Assembly: GCA_030704615.1 (NCBI GenBank)
Contig: CM060733.1
Span: 16,306,001 to 16,370,000, forward strand
Origin: Takakia lepidozioides
Taxonomy: Eukaryota; Plantae; Bryophyta
Direction: 5' to 3'
Length of the DNA stretch: 64,000 bases
Shown here: piece after piece, positions 12,961 through 25,439 of the stretch
Numbering within the stretch: the first letter of the stretch is position 1
Layout of the letters: each line of letters opens with the position of its first letter
Notes under the pieces: model-generated
The model's input: the letters and a program-made list of their open reading frames with translations, nothing else
What the model was told of the DNA's origin: nothing
Databases searched by the model: none
Translations under genes and position numbers: made by a program

Positions 12961-14650
12961 ACGTTCGTCTGAGCAGCACGCTGCGAGGAAAAGAGACTTG
13001 TGCCAAGGTGTGGCACAAAAAGAACGTCGTTGAGGACAGCGTCCTCGTGACTGCCATCGCCAAGATCGACGCGGATGTTGATATTCCCGACGCCAAGAAC
13101 TTCAAGAATGATGCCACTAACCCCTTCAACTGTGTGGTGCTCGGAGGTGATGTCTTCGTAGGAGCAAAAGAAATCCCTCGTGTTTGTCATGTGCCCGGTA
13201 CAACCACTATCGACAAACCAAGAGTATGGGTCAACATTGGTTGAGTGCGCCATATAAGCTCGAGGCTGAGGCAGTTGGGCATCTCCTATGGTGGGGTTCG
13301 GGAGCAAGCCACCAGCGTCATCACCCTCTGGACATTCACGGGACCAGTGACCCAGCTTCTTACACTTCCAGCAGGGTGTAACCTTCTTCTGCTCAGCAAT
13401 AAGCCGGCGCCGCTCTTGGCGTTGCTCGTACGTCAACTGTGGCTGGTTGCCATTACTAGCGGTTGTGTTACTGGTGGATCCCTTGCTAAACGAAGCGACA
13501 TAGGCAGAGGAGACCTTAGACTCTAACTGTGCGGATTCTTGCTCTTCGGCACTGAGCAGTCTGGACTCTTGACGAATGAGACGAATGGTGAGATTACTGA
13601 GGGTGGCGTCATCAACGTTGTCCCATGAAGAAAGAAAATTGACATACTCGGGAGGAAGGTTAGCAATAATCTTGGCGATGAGACTATCGTTAGTGACGGT
13701 ATTGTCGCCCATGTTGACAAGCTGAGACTTAATGATTTTGAGTTTGCCAAGAAAAGATACTATAGTGTCGCCGCTATCCATCTTACACTTGTAGAAACGT
13801 TGCTGTACATGGTGCACAGACTCGTGGGTTTGCTGATCATGGAGTAGTTTTAGCTCATCCCAAATAGCCTTTGAGGTGGTGCAGTCCATGAGGACTTCGA
13901 GAATACTCTCATCGACTGCTTTACAGAGCAGGGAGGTACATTGATTGTCCTTCTGGATCCAATCGCGCTGGGCTTCGCCAGCATCAGGTTTAGGGACGGT
14001 GCCATCAACAATGCCCATCAGATCCTGGCCAAGGAGTATGTCACGGATCTGAAACTTCCACAGATGGAAGTTCATTCCATTATAGAGCTTGACGTTCCAC
14101 AACTCGGCGGTGGTATCTATAGTGCACTATGACGTATTGGACTATTACTTTGGTAAACGTGTTGTAGACACAACAAAAAATAGGACACGTACTGTGAACA
14201 CAGTACTTCACGCGTGGGGTATACTGGAAGGAATAAAGGGCCATTTTCTTGAGCTAATGCGCTACAGGATGCGTGTCTGTGGGCCCATAACCTATTGTAG
14301 TCTCAAGAAAAGATCAACATACAAAGTGAAAAAGACACAAGCAGGGATTGACACAGGCAAACGCCTACGAGACAAGAGTAAAGATAAGGCCCTGATTCTC
14401 TTGATTAAAGTACACGAGCAGTACAGAAAAGCTCAAGCTGACACTGACACAGCTCACACGCTTGATACTACGGTTCTTGGAGCAAAGCAAACAGCACACA
14501 CGCCAAGCTAGAGAGAGAGAGAGTTAAAAGGGGGGAAAACGGGGAATATACACCCAGACGGCCAGGGAGGGAAAAGCCAGATCATGATGGTCGGCACATG
14601 GGTTTAAAAGGGGCCTACGTGGTGATGTACAAAGGTTTGCATTCTATATA
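12950..14650 (-). mobile_element. Ty1/copia 5' remnant (LTR region, PBS, gag, CCHC knuckle, protease), copy A
   Basis: ORF 12831-14102: NFHLWKFQI gag start, CWKCKKLGHWSREC, WFVDSGCTGHM; truncated after protease; LTR outer edge not defined. Confidence 0.85.
14281..14292 (-). promoter_or_regulatory. Copia primer-binding site GGTTATGGGCCC (half-tRNAiMet type)
   Basis: Minus strand reads ...gactacaata-GGTTATGGGCCC, ~160 bp upstream of gag. Confidence 0.75.
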
Positions 14651-14699
14651 GCGGAGCTGGACATTCCAGCTGTACAGTTACCTCTCACGTAATGACTAC

Positions 14700-14865
14700 A
14701 ACACAATGTACTCAGATTTGGTTGTGCTTCTCGACGTACAAGGTGCTTCTGGCTGAGCCGTGTTACATGGCCGTTGTTGAGGAACAAAACAACTCCACTG
14801 TATGACTTCCGATCATCGATATCAGCCGCATAGTCAGAGTCACAGTACGCAGTCAAGACATGTGG
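14700..14865 (-). mobile_element. Copia RNase H fragment
   Basis: LTAYCDSDYAADIDDRKSYSG..FLNNGHV..LSQK. Confidence 0.8.
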
Positions 14866-16121
14866 ATACAGTACACAAAAGGATACGCAAAGCGAGACTC
14901 TGTGTATCGCTCGATCTCCCATCTGCGTTCAACTTCAACTTATAGATCTCTTTTCAGCTGATACGTTTCCGACCTGGGGGTAATGGCTGCAATTCTCATG
15001 TATCGTTTTCAAGCATAAACTCAATCTCTGCATTCATTGTTTGCTTCCACGTACTGAAGCAATCTCTAACATGCGGATGTGTACGAATGGTGCATGACAA
15101 GTGCATGACAAACTGGATACATGTGTTCGTTTGCATAATTTGCGTCTATTTGCAAATGCTCATCACGTGTGTAAGTCCTATGATAACATTCACCAAGTTC
15201 ATTTGGGTGACATTGACAGCACTATCATGAGACCTGAAGTAGTCCAATTGCTTAAATTACAAACCTTTGATCACTTACTATCCTCAATTACAAGGTTGGA
15301 ACTTGCGTGTACAGATGGTCGATGGAATCAACAAGATGTTGGCTCCTTTTCTCAGTGGCTTTGGCATGCATTGTCTTATCACGAGCCTGAAAAATAGCTA
15401 CGTTTAACTCTTATATCTCCCACAGATCGGCCTCATCTGTTAATTGAACTTGGAGTCATGGAGACGGCTTGTGTTGTGATTGGGTTGATGGGGGGTTGCT
15501 TGTAGAGTCACTGGGTCAAGATAGGGGTGACCTGGTGGGATATGAAGTACATTGTGCATTGTCACTGGAACCTCTTTTTTGTGCACTGTGGTTGTAGGGA
15601 AACATCCAAGTTTTGCCATCATGGCAAATTTTAGGAGCATATTCATCTTCACCATATCTTTGGCTCTTCTCATTCAAGTTTATAGCATCTTCAAGTATGA
15701 GCCCTTATATGCGGTATCCACCTATATTGTCAATTTTTTGCTGTCACAACAAATCATCATATTCCTAATTGCTATTAGTGAGAATGGACCAGACAAACAT
15801 ATAAAGGCTCATCTATATATTCCAAGTCTTATTACAAAAAATCCGAATCTCTATAGGTTATTTACCATAAAAAGTTACCACATTTCATTAAAAAAAAAGG
15901 CGTCATGGATTTTTTTTTTCGTAAGATTCATAACAATATTAAAAAAAAAATGACTTACCCAAAATGTGCTTTGAGGGATGAAGAATCTAGAATGAAAACA
16001 TTCAATCAAAAGTATTAAGTTAAACAATATTGACGTCCTATTTTGAGCCTCTAAAATAGCTATGTTCGTAAAGTCATGTATGAAATGAAATTATTTGAAA
16101 TAACAAAATTACCTTCCTTAA

Positions 16122-16897
16122 CCCCTAAAGGACGACGCGACTCTTTTTGCCACGCTCCAGTTTGATAGTGGATGGAAGTGAACCCTAAAGATAAATTGTG
16201 GATGTCAGAGAGGAGCACGTGTGGGAATTTACAGTGCCAATAAATCATAAAGGCTATGCTCCCTAGAATTTTTCAAAGTGCCAAGGGGTCAGAAAATCCA
16301 GTGTTAAAGCACCATTGACCTGCCTACGTGGCAGCCAAATGGGCAATCTTCGAAATAACATCTAGGGCTGAAAATTTATCATAATCCCAAATTTTTTGGA
16401 CAGGGCACATTGAAATGTTACTGGGCACTTACTTACCAGAGGAATTGGAAAACATATATCATCTCATGGGTGTAATTGTGAAAGAAGCCAAAACAAGACA
16501 ATTTACCACCCCAGATTTCACATACAAAGCAGCCTATCTGAATTTTTGGAATTTTGGTCTGATTTTTGTGGGAGGCAGTGGTTTAGGTGCCATATAATTA
16601 GATTATGGAGGGCCTTTGTCTAGGAAAATTCAACTCGATATTGTAATATTATGGTCAAACAATTTGCATGCAATTTTTGAATACACTTACAAATTGGGGC
16701 ATATTATTTTGTTATAATCTCCCAAATGTAATGGTCAATTTGCCTACATTTTTTACAGGACGTGAACATAGTAGATATGCACATAAGTATAAGGTTCATC
16801 CCCCTGGATGATTGGGGGTAAGAAGTTACACCCCCATCCATAAGTGTATATACTCTTTTTTAGTGGGCCCACCAAAAAATAGCTCGTCCTTTAAGGG
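16122..16897. mobile_element. Non-autonomous piggyBac-type element (MITE), copy A
   Basis: TTAA|CCCCTAAAGGACGA ... TCGTCCTTTAAGGG|TTAA (14-bp TIR, 1 mismatch, TTAA on both sides); no transposase. Confidence 0.85.
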
Positions 16898-16943
16898 TTA
16901 AACATGTTAGTTTATGTTAGATGAAGGGTGGATAGAAGTTTAA

Positions 16944-19900
16944 CCCTTAAACGCCCAGAAGCCCGGTTTGGGCCTTTGAAATCAGGAAATTTGCAATAAC
17001 TTCACAGGATCTTAGCCATTTTTTTTGAGTTTTGGATATGTTATGCCCAGCCACCTGGGCTAATCTGAACCGTTGGGCGATTTTCCCTGATCAAGGTTAG
17101 GGTTCCGGAATTGCTGCGAGAGTGGCGGGGGGTCAGCTCCCGCCATTTTGCTTCTCTCTCCCAAACACTGTGCTCTGGGTCCCGCGCTTTCTGAGTTCCT
17201 CGCGCGAGTTGGAGGGTGCTTGCAGGTGGCCGTTTGGATTCCTTGCAGGTTGCCGTTGCGTTTCCTTGCTCTTGTCTCCTTCTATAACTGAAGCTCCCGC
17301 CGTCGCTGCATTAGGAAGCTCTTAGCATTCAAGGCGTTGTTGGCTCATTGCGGCTAGTATGACACCTCTCTTCTATTGCCTGTCATCAAGCTTTGTTTCT
17401 TCATGTATATTGTAGATGCGAGCTTCTTCTTGCATTGAAGGCTTTGCTTCATTCCTGTAGGCTTGCAGGCAGAGGAACTTAGGGAGACAAGTTGCCAAGA
17501 TTCCCTGTTGTCATTGAAGGAGAAAGAAGGCCCGTTACTGGTGACTATATAGGAGAGGAAACATGGGTTCTGCAGACATGCCTCCAGCAGCTCCTGTGCA
17601 TTTGCTAGAAGAGTCTCTTGTTATTGGCAATTAGGCTCGCGCTTTGGGCGCCTCTCCAGAGCAAGTCGCCCAATTGATTGGGTGTTTGAATGAGGATTAT
17701 CTTATGTGCTTGAAGAGGCCCAAGCGGGTGAAGTGGCCCGCATTTCCAAAACCAGCCAATTTTCGGTACTATTTCGTCGTCAGGCTGCGGAGATTCTCGG
17801 GTGGGTTGATCGTAAAGAGGAAGGTGATCCACATGGCTTTTCTCCTGAGGTAAATGAGTGTTTGAGGCTATCTGTGTGGCCTGATTTTGATGGATCCTCA
17901 TCTGCCACCAACGATGAGACTGAAGGTAGTAGCAAGGTCCAGAGGTAAGAACGATTATGGGCATGTGAGACTTGATGACATTGCGAGTTCAATTTCTGGT
18001 TTTGATTCGGGTCTTGCATATTCTCTGCGTAGTTCTCAAGTTGCTAGAGATGTTGCAGGTCATAGCCAATCTTGGGAAGATCTAGGGGTGCTGGGATCCA
18101 CTGTAAAGGTTGCAATGAACCATTTGTACCTGCCTAACATGGCTTCTTCTTCCAACGTCCAAGAATTTGGTTATGGTACTGTCGTGGACAAGTCGTGGGA
18201 CATTGTGAGTGCGTCTGATACATATGTTGTCTCCTTCTTTGCTGGGCTTGGGGTGCATACCGTGCCCTCTCATGTTTGCCTTCCTGTGGACCTTGACGAG
18301 CCTATGCCAGTTACAGTAAGTGCCATGCTTGGTTTGGATGATGTTGTTGAGAACACGGTAGGGTCTGAATCTGAGACAGAATGTGACTCGGACTCTGACT
18401 ATGATCCGGTAGAGGAAGAGAGAGGTAATCCAGATGCTGGTCAGGATCCAGACTTGTGGGATTACTGTGTGGACACTGGAAATGCGGCCCATGAGCTCGG
18501 GCTTTATGATTTGGCTGAATCTTGGCGTGAATGGCCACCGAAAGATAAATTCGCAGATGACATGTGGAATTCACAGTGCACAGAGCTGCCTCAGGTAACG
18601 TGGAGTGGGGGGGAGACGGATCATAAGGTGCCTTTGGATGATAGTGCTCTCCCTGTAGATTTTTTCAATTTGTTCTGGCCGGCACCTGTGATGCGGAAAA
18701 TCTGCAGAATGACAAACCTGTATGCCCAGACCTTATATAGAAGGGGGCAAATGAAGGGGGGAGAGTGGTGGTATCCTGTGAGTGTTGTGGAATTGAAGGC
18801 GTGGTTGGGAGTTCATATTCTCATGGGAATCAAGAGATTGCCCAACACAAGATGTTACTGGAAATGTAACAATGAGTTCTTCAAGTGTCCTTCCATTATG
18901 CGCATCATGAGTCGCAATAGATGGGAAGCAATTTTGAGGTGTTTGCACCTAGTGGACAACCGGTTAGTGGAGGTGGATAAATCAGCCCCTGCTTATGATA
19001 AAATCGCAAAGACCCGTTGGTTGTTAGACCAGCAAAATGACTTGTATGCTCGCTACTGGCAACCCGATCAAAACCTGTGTGTGGATGAGATGATGGTGAA
19101 GTACAAAGGTAAGTACTCTAACCTGCAGCAGTATATGAGCAAAAAACCAGTGAAATGGGGTATAAAGTGGTGGTGCTTGGCTGGTGCCAAAAGCCGATAT
19201 GTTCACAAGATGGAGGTGTACCTTGGCCGTGATGATGCAATTGATTTGACACACGGGCAGGGATATTCTGTTGTAACCAGACTGCTGGCTGGTTTTGAGG
19301 GGAAATGGCACATAGTGACCATGGATAATTTCTTTACTAGTCCTATTCTTTTCTATGACTTGGCTGTCCAGAATATCTATGCTACTGGTACTGTGAAGAC
19401 AACTCGGGTGGGATTCCCTTCATGTCTTGATTTTGGAAAGAGAGGAGAGAGAAGCACTATGCAGTACCGCATGCATAGATCTAACAAATTGGTGGCACTG
19501 TCTTGGTTTGACAACAAACCAGTCACATTGTTGAGCACTGCTTGCAGCCCTGTGGGGGCAGATTGCTTCATTGAGCGGTGGCACAACGGTGCTCGCCGCA
19601 TGGTCCCCACTTCCCCCATTGTGAAGCACTATCAAGAACACATGAGGGGGGTTGATGTGCAGGATCAATTGAGGGGCTACTACAATGTGCAAACGCGTGA
19701 TTACAAGTGGTGGCACTGCTTGTTCTTTCATAGCATTGACACATCGCTGGTGAATTCTTATTTGTTGTATCTGGCTTGGATGAAAGAGAAGGACAGGAAG
19801 CCGCGGTCTCATGCGCTCTTCAACATTCAAGTGGCCAATGGGTTGATTGTCGGGTGGGTTGCTCCCATGAGAACTGTCTTGGAAGGGGCTTCTGTTCCAA

Positions 19901-20766
19901 ACCCGGGAGCACTTCACTTCTCCCAAAAAAGTGCTAGGAGAAGGAAGTGTGTCGAGTGTGGTGCCCGACAAAGGTTTTTTTGTGCCTTGTGTGGAGATGT
20001 TAGCATCTGTTTGGGGACCTGCTTTGTGAAACGTCACAGCCTGGTTTGAGACAATGTCAGTTGGAATTCATGGCTAGAATTCATGGCAATGTGAGTTCAT
20101 GGCTGCAAAGAGGTGGTAGATTGCTTTAGTGGTTAGTCCCCTTGCCAAGTGGGGGTGCACACAAGGGGGGGATCCTCCCCCTTGTGTTCATGTGTGAGCT
20201 GCCAGTTGGGGCAGCTTAGTGGGTTCAAACCCTACTCACACATTGTTCCTTGGTGTGAGGAGGGTAGGAGTGGGGTGGTGGGATATCTTGCTTTGCAAAG
20301 CGCTTGCTGCAGCAAACACTCCAGGGTACAGGTAGCATTGGCATTTTTCCAAAGAACACTAAATCCTCAATTTTGACCCACTCTGCTTTGAACAAATGTC
20401 AGCAGCCCATTTTTTGTCCAAATTGCATTTTGTTTTCTGCAATGGATGTGAGATCCCACCAGGATGAATGGGGAGCAGAATCAACTCATTTGGAAATCAT
20501 CCCGTCACCCATTTCTGCAAATTACTCATTCTAATTTACAATTTTGGTATGTGGGTCCCAAAAAAGGGCCCCAGTCTCAACGGTGGCATTTTCTGGATTT
20601 TCATCTGATTTCCCTCAAAATTGGCATGCACCTGCATCAGTTAGGTACGCTTCTGGTGTACGGTCAAAATTTTCAAACTCCAAATTTTTCGAAAATTACA
20701 CCTGTTTTTAGCACCAGGGGTCAGGTTTTTGGAAAAAGTCAAAAATAAGTACTGGGCGTTTAAGGG
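16944..20766 (+). mobile_element. Full-length piggyBac transposon
   Basis: TTAA|CCCTTAAACGCCCAG ... CTGGGCGTTTAAGGG|TTAA (perfect 15-bp TIR, TTAA TSD) enclosing a transposase ORF. Confidence 0.95.
17887..20049 (+). CDS. piggyBac (PGBD-like) DDD transposase; true start uncertain
   Basis: Open 720-aa frame: MSRNRWEAILRCLH, CVDEMMV, QYMSKKPVKWGIKWW, VTMDNFFTS, MRGVDVQDQ, C-terminal Cys-rich C..C..C..C..C..CF..H. Confidence 0.93.
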   Translation: MMDPHLPPTMRLKVVARSRGKNDYGHVRLDDIASSISGFDSGLAYSLRSSQVARDVAGHSQSWEDLGVLGSTVKVAMNHLYLPNMASSSNVQEFGYGTVVDKSWDIVSASDTYVVSFFAGLGVHTVPSHVCLPVDLDEPMPVTVSAMLGLDDVVENTVGSESETECDSDSDYDPVEEERGNPDAGQDPDLWDYCVDTGNAAHELGLYDLAESWREWPPKDKFADDMWNSQCTELPQVTWSGGETDHKVPLDDSALPVDFFNLFWPAPVMRKICRMTNLYAQTLYRRGQMKGGEWWYPVSVVELKAWLGVHILMGIKRLPNTRCYWKCNNEFFKCPSIMRIMSRNRWEAILRCLHLVDNRLVEVDKSAPAYDKIAKTRWLLDQQNDLYARYWQPDQNLCVDEMMVKYKGKYSNLQQYMSKKPVKWGIKWWCLAGAKSRYVHKMEVYLGRDDAIDLTHGQGYSVVTRLLAGFEGKWHIVTMDNFFTSPILFYDLAVQNIYATGTVKTTRVGFPSCLDFGKRGERSTMQYRMHRSNKLVALSWFDNKPVTLLSTACSPVGADCFIERWHNGARRMVPTSPIVKHYQEHMRGVDVQDQLRGYYNVQTRDYKWWHCLFFHSIDTSLVNSYLLYLAWMKEKDRKPRSHALFNIQVANGLIVGWVAPMRTVLEGASVPNPGALHFSQKSARRRKCVECGARQRFFCALCGDVSICLGTCFVKRHSLV

Positions 20767-21420
20767 TTAATGGACAAAATAATGTCCACCTACGTACGAA
20801 ATCAACGATTTTTGAAAACGCTTCTAAACTGTCAATAATATAGGGTCTATGTAAACTCAATTGTGTCAATCCAATGGTTGAATGTTTTTTTTTTTTTTTT
20901 TTTGGTCAATTTATGTACTCAATACTGGCTCACGATCTGCCTTTCATTGTAGGTTTGTGCAAATTCATGCAATTGTTTGCTAAGATTCAAGAGTGGAGAA
21001 GAGCACTCCAAACTCATGACCAATTGCCGCCGTTGCAATCGTCCCAAGTGGAGATAGTTGTTCCAAAGAGATCCATGGATAGATGTGCGCAATTTATGTC
21101 GAGCTGTGAGTTGATACATTGTGTAGTAGCTTGAGTGTAATTTACAATTCTAGAAAGCAAACGCGGCGAGGTGGTAGCACTGTATGGGCAAAGAACTCAA
21201 ACAAAAATACAACAATGGAGTTACCTGCTGGGGAACAAGGATGCGACATATGCAATGTGAACGTGGGTAGGGCTAACTTACGCGGTAAGCTAGCCATGTG
21301 GGTAGAGAAAGGTCAATAAAAAAAGGGAGAGAATTTTTTTTTTCTTGTCACGAAAAGGTCTTGGGACAGCACGCCAAATATAAAAGTTTGCGATGTCGGG
21401 CTGTGCTGCCAAGGGGATGA

Positions 21421-23738
21421 TAGCTTTGAGGACCCGGAGAAGCAGAGGGTGGCGGACGAGGTAATAATAAGACCTAAGTTGGACGCGCCAGGCCAGAGCA
21501 CAGGTCCTTGTCAACGAGGGTTGACTGACCAGTGTCCCAGTATATTACCCCGCACACTGCGCTCACTCCCTCACACCATCACTCTCTCTCATCGCCTCCC
21601 TTCCTCCCCACCCGCTCTTCCCCGCTACCACCACCCTCATCTCTCTCTCTCTCTCTCCGACGTGTCTGACAAATACACTGAGCTACACTCCGTCATCGGC
21701 CTCTGCACTACCCACACAGATCGGGTCTTCCTCAACACCATAATACCATGGGTCCGAAGGCGAAGATATCTGGGCCGGAGCCTTTCGATTACATTGAGAA
21801 ATGCAGCTCCGATGGACGAGAGAAACAGACCGTGATATCCGATTTGGATGGCACCCTGGTCAGAGGGCGGAGCTCATTTCCCTACTTCATGCTGGTGGCA
21901 TTCGAGGCCGGCGGCTTTCTCCGTTCCCTCCTCCTCCTCCTCTTCGCCCCCATTGCTTGGTTCCTTTATCACTTCGTCTCAGAAGCAGCAGGGATCCAGG
22001 TGTTAGTCTTTGTCACCTTTGCTGGTCTCAAAGTGACTCAAATTGAGACTGTAGCGCGCGCGGTTCTGCCAAAGTTCTACTGCGAGGATCTGCACCCAGA
22101 GACATGGCGTGTGTTTTCCTCCTTTGGGAAGCGCTATGTTCTGACTGCCAATCCCCGCATAATGGTGGAGACCTTTGCAAAGGAGTATCTGGGTGCCGAT
22201 GCGGTGCTTGGGTCCGAGATCGAGGTGACCAGGAACGGGCGCGCAACAGGTTTCCTCAAAGCCCCCGGTGTCCTTGTGGGTGTGAAGAAAGAAATTGCTT
22301 TGAAGGCAGCTTTCGGGGACGATGCACCGGACGTTGGCCTGGGCGACCGCAAGACTGACCACCCCTTCATGGCTCTGTGCAAGGAAGGCTACGTGGTGCC
22401 CGCCAACAAGGTACAAGCTGTGCAAAAGGAGGAGCTGCCGAAGCCGATCGTGTTCCACGACGGGCGGCTTGTGCAACGCCCTACTCCACTCAACGCTCTT
22501 CTCACCCTCGTCTGGATGCCTATCGGTTTCCTTCTTGCCGTGCTTCGGATTGCTGCAGGGTCCTTGCTCCCCATGTCCTTGACATACTACGCTTACGTTG
22601 CCCTCGGGGTGCGTGTAAAGGTCACGGGAACACCCCCACCTGCAGTGAAGGATGGAAAGCAGGGAGTCCTGTTTATCTGCTCCCATCGGACCTTGTTGGA
22701 CCCCATCTTCCTGTCGGTAGCCCTCGGGCGACCTATCACAGCAGTCACATACTCCATTTCACGTGTCTCGGAGGCCCTTTCCCCAATCAAGACGGTTGCT
22801 TTGACTCGCAACAGAGAGCAAGATGCTGCCAACATCAGCAAGCTTTTGGAAGAAGGAGACTTAGCCATCTGCCCAGAGGGAACAACATGCCGGGAGCCAT
22901 TTCTCCTACGATTCTCAGCGCTTTTTGCGGAGCTGACGGACAAGATCGCCCCCGTGGCGATGTTCAACAGAATGTCCATGTTCCACGGCACGACCGCCAC
23001 AGGGTGGAAGGGCATGGATCCTTTCTTCTTCTTCATGAACCCAAGACCTGTCTACGAGGTTACATTTTTGAACCAACTGCCTATGGAGCTTACATGTGCG
23101 GGTGGAAAAACATCGGTGGAGGTAGCCAACTACATCCAAAGGGTTATTGCAGGGACACTGAGTTTCCAGTGCACAAACTTCACTCGCAGGGACAAGTACA
23201 AGGTTCTCGCTGGGAATGACGGCAGCGTGCCCGCAAAGACCAAGTCGCATTCCACCGGCAAGATTACTAGTTGCTAGTGCCCGAACTCGGCCATTGTAAG
23301 CTGCCACCCCACCGATCTGAAGGAGACTGTTTTTCTTGCACGAATTCAGTGAATGGGTGTAACTTGATGGAGCGACTTGACTCGCTACTAAACTAGACCT
23401 TTGCCTGCGAGCTGCAGCCATTCATAGAATCTGCATTTCTCAATTCTTGGGATTTCTCTCAAAGAGAGAGGGCCCTTACTTTCAGTATACAGAACTTCAC
23501 TGTAGAGTCGATCCATCCAAAACAATTGTAGTCTTAGAAACTCCAAATTTAGAAAACAGAGTTTCCCATTGTACATATTGTACCATGAAGAGAATTTGCG
23601 TACTGCACAACTTGCAGGTACCATCTTCAATTAATCAAATTGATCCTGGAGTTCAGATGATGTTCACGAATTGTTTCTTTCAGATGGTCGTCCTCCTCAG
23701 GACTCACAAAATTTATTGTGCCAACCCACGGTCATTCT
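21421..23738 (+). repeat. Left arm of a near-perfect inverted duplication (partner 31250-33567); weaker similarity continues to ~23890
   Basis: tagctttgaggacccggag at 21421 is the reverse complement of sequence ending at 33567; all ORFs are mirrored. Confidence 0.95.
21748..23277 (+). CDS. GPAT: sn-2 glycerol-3-phosphate acyltransferase/phosphatase, RAM2-like (GPAT4/6/8-RAM2 group), intronless
   Basis: 509 aa; HAD motifs DLDGTL and GDRKTD; acyltransferase motifs HRTLLD and CPEGTT; [11 protein letters not shown] and GWKGMDPF segments resemble RAM2 as I recall it. Confidence 0.95.
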   Translation: MGPKAKISGPEPFDYIEKCSSDGREKQTVISDLDGTLVRGRSSFPYFMLVAFEAGGFLRSLLLLLFAPIAWFLYHFVSEAAGIQVLVFVTFAGLKVTQIETVARAVLPKFYCEDLHPETWRVFSSFGKRYVLTANPRIMVETFAKEYLGADAVLGSEIEVTRNGRATGFLKAPGVLVGVKKEIALKAAFGDDAPDVGLGDRKTDHPFMALCKEGYVVPANKVQAVQKEELPKPIVFHDGRLVQRPTPLNALLTLVWMPIGFLLAVLRIAAGSLLPMSLTYYAYVALGVRVKVTGTPPPAVKDGKQGVLFICSHRTLLDPIFLSVALGRPITAVTYSISRVSEALSPIKTVALTRNREQDAANISKLLEEGDLAICPEGTTCREPFLLRFSALFAELTDKIAPVAMFNRMSMFHGTTATGWKGMDPFFFFMNPRPVYEVTFLNQLPMELTCAGGKTSVEVANYIQRVIAGTLSFQCTNFTRRDKYKVLAGNDGSVPAKTKSHSTGKITSC

Positions 23739-24037
23739 CCTCGCTGACTGGATTACTCAATGGATCACGTCTTTGCTAACTGTACATACATCGAGTAAAT
23801 AGAGAAGTACCTGCATTGACATTCATTTTCAGCAGTAATTTACACCATGAATCTTGATCAGGATTGTGCTGCTATAGTCAACATTTCAAGAACCCCACCC
23901 CAAGTGGCAGACTGTCAAGAAGTTATGCCAGAAACTCATCTAGAGAGCTGGATACGAGCTTCACAAAAATTACCAGACTCCGTCATTTGGTATGTTTCGA
24001 GCTGTCAAGTGCAAGTTCCAGACTTCTTCATTTTACG

Positions 24038-24115
24038 TACATGGTTCTCGCCCGCTGGGAATGATGGTAGCGTGCCCACCAAGTCGCCAGTAGAAAGAGC
24101 TGACACTAGTTGGTA
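24038..24115 (+). pseudogene. Short degenerate duplicate of the GPAT 3' coding end
   Basis: tacatggttctcg..ctgggaatgatggtagcgtgcccaccaagtcgc..actagttg resembles 23197-23275. Confidence 0.65.
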
Positions 24116-25439
24116 CTTACACTTCCACTTCCCCATCAAAAGCTAACATGGTGCCCCGCTATTTTCTAACTTACAGAGATTACTATACAGAACGATGCCC
24201 ATATGTCAAAACTCTAGAGCCTTTGAGCATCATTCTTGTTACACGAACTTTCAAACTCCAAGCTGTTAAACTTACTTTGCTTTCAGTTACTTTTGCTTTC
24301 AGCAATAGTTGAACAGTTTGAGGAGATCATCTAAGACTGAGAAACAGAGCATTTGTTAAGAACGATGTATTTATTCATAGCTCACTGCAGTAAACAGTTG
24401 CGGTCACTCTGAAGAGAATATCTTGACCTGCCTACAACCCAAAACCCCATGGCCCTAAAGCTGTGAACAAGGCATGTCGATGGTACCTTGCTTAGCTCTC
24501 CTAGTTGTACACAGTATTAGATGTGTCTCAAGAACTCGCCTGCAAAAACGAGCTTAAACAGAGCTGCCAATGATGTGAAGAGTTTGGAAGTTCTGCTCCA
24601 AAAGTCTCTTCTGCACAGTGCAGATGGACATAGGATGCTGACTTCGGTATTCCAGATATGTCAAACATTCTTTCTAGCACCAAGTCATTTCAATATGCAT
24701 CACTTACTATCTAGACTAAATGCACTAGTTAAGAATCTTGAGTTTGTGAGATAAACAAAGATGGATCCGGATATGTATAGGCCTGGAAAGTGGGTGGAGT
24801 AGAAGCCAGCTGCGTATGGGTTGCATAGTAGAAAGAGTGCTGGTCCTGGATTTTGAGGAAGTAGTTGTTCTGCAGAGAGGCTGTATGGTTTGAAGAAAGT
24901 TGAAACATACATATCTACATGTCCTCGAGTTCCGCGTTCTCGAGTCTAGAAGAGAAGTTATGGGGGGCTAATTAGTGGGGGTTGGAGCAATTGCAATCTT
25001 GTCAAGAACATTATAGAGCTCTGGGAGGGGCGGCAAGCATCATTCCTCATTTTATGCTTGGCGACACCTGCATCATGTTTAGAGCTCTGATGCATGCATT
25101 AGAAATCCAAATACTTTTAACCTCCAATCGCTCTGGCTTGTTGGCTCTAGAGATCTTGTTCTCGAGAGGGCTTCTTTAGCAGCACCAATACCAGCCCTGA
25201 AATCAGCACTCGGTGAACTTGCGACTTGGGTGGGCATAGGGGCTGTGCATGAGACTAATGGTGATTTTAGCGTTGACAGCCTGGTAGGTTTTTGCCCGGG
25301 CAAACCACTGTTTTCAAGGGTATGCGTAACCAATCCTCAAGAGCAGTGAATTAGTAAGTTTCACAGAGCTGGACAAAGTCTTGGTCTCTCATCCACGTAA
25401 TGGTATCAACCCCCTTTTGGTGAGATTGACAACAAGCCT

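Larger units (their letters stand above)
1..16907 (+). repeat. Large direct segmental duplication, copy A (partner 36630-64000); probably extends past both window edges
   Basis: Base 1 (caaattttgcaccaag) matches 36630 and 16898-16907 (ttaaacatgt) matches the window end; ORFs are collinear and near-identical throughout. Confidence 0.97.

Noticed and set aside
15100-15953. ORFs conserved between the two copies (98, 77 and 133 aa)
   Set aside because: Conservation only reflects the recent duplication; no recognisable domain
21340-21375. AW-box (CnTnG-n7-CG at 21360-21373) and MYCS-like TTTCTTGT upstream of GPAT
   Set aside because: Too short and degenerate; expected by chance; present upstream of only one copy
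21801-23421. Long overlapping alternative-frame and antisense ORFs over GPAT (and over the TE genes)
   Set aside because: Shadow ORFs of GC-rich coding sequence
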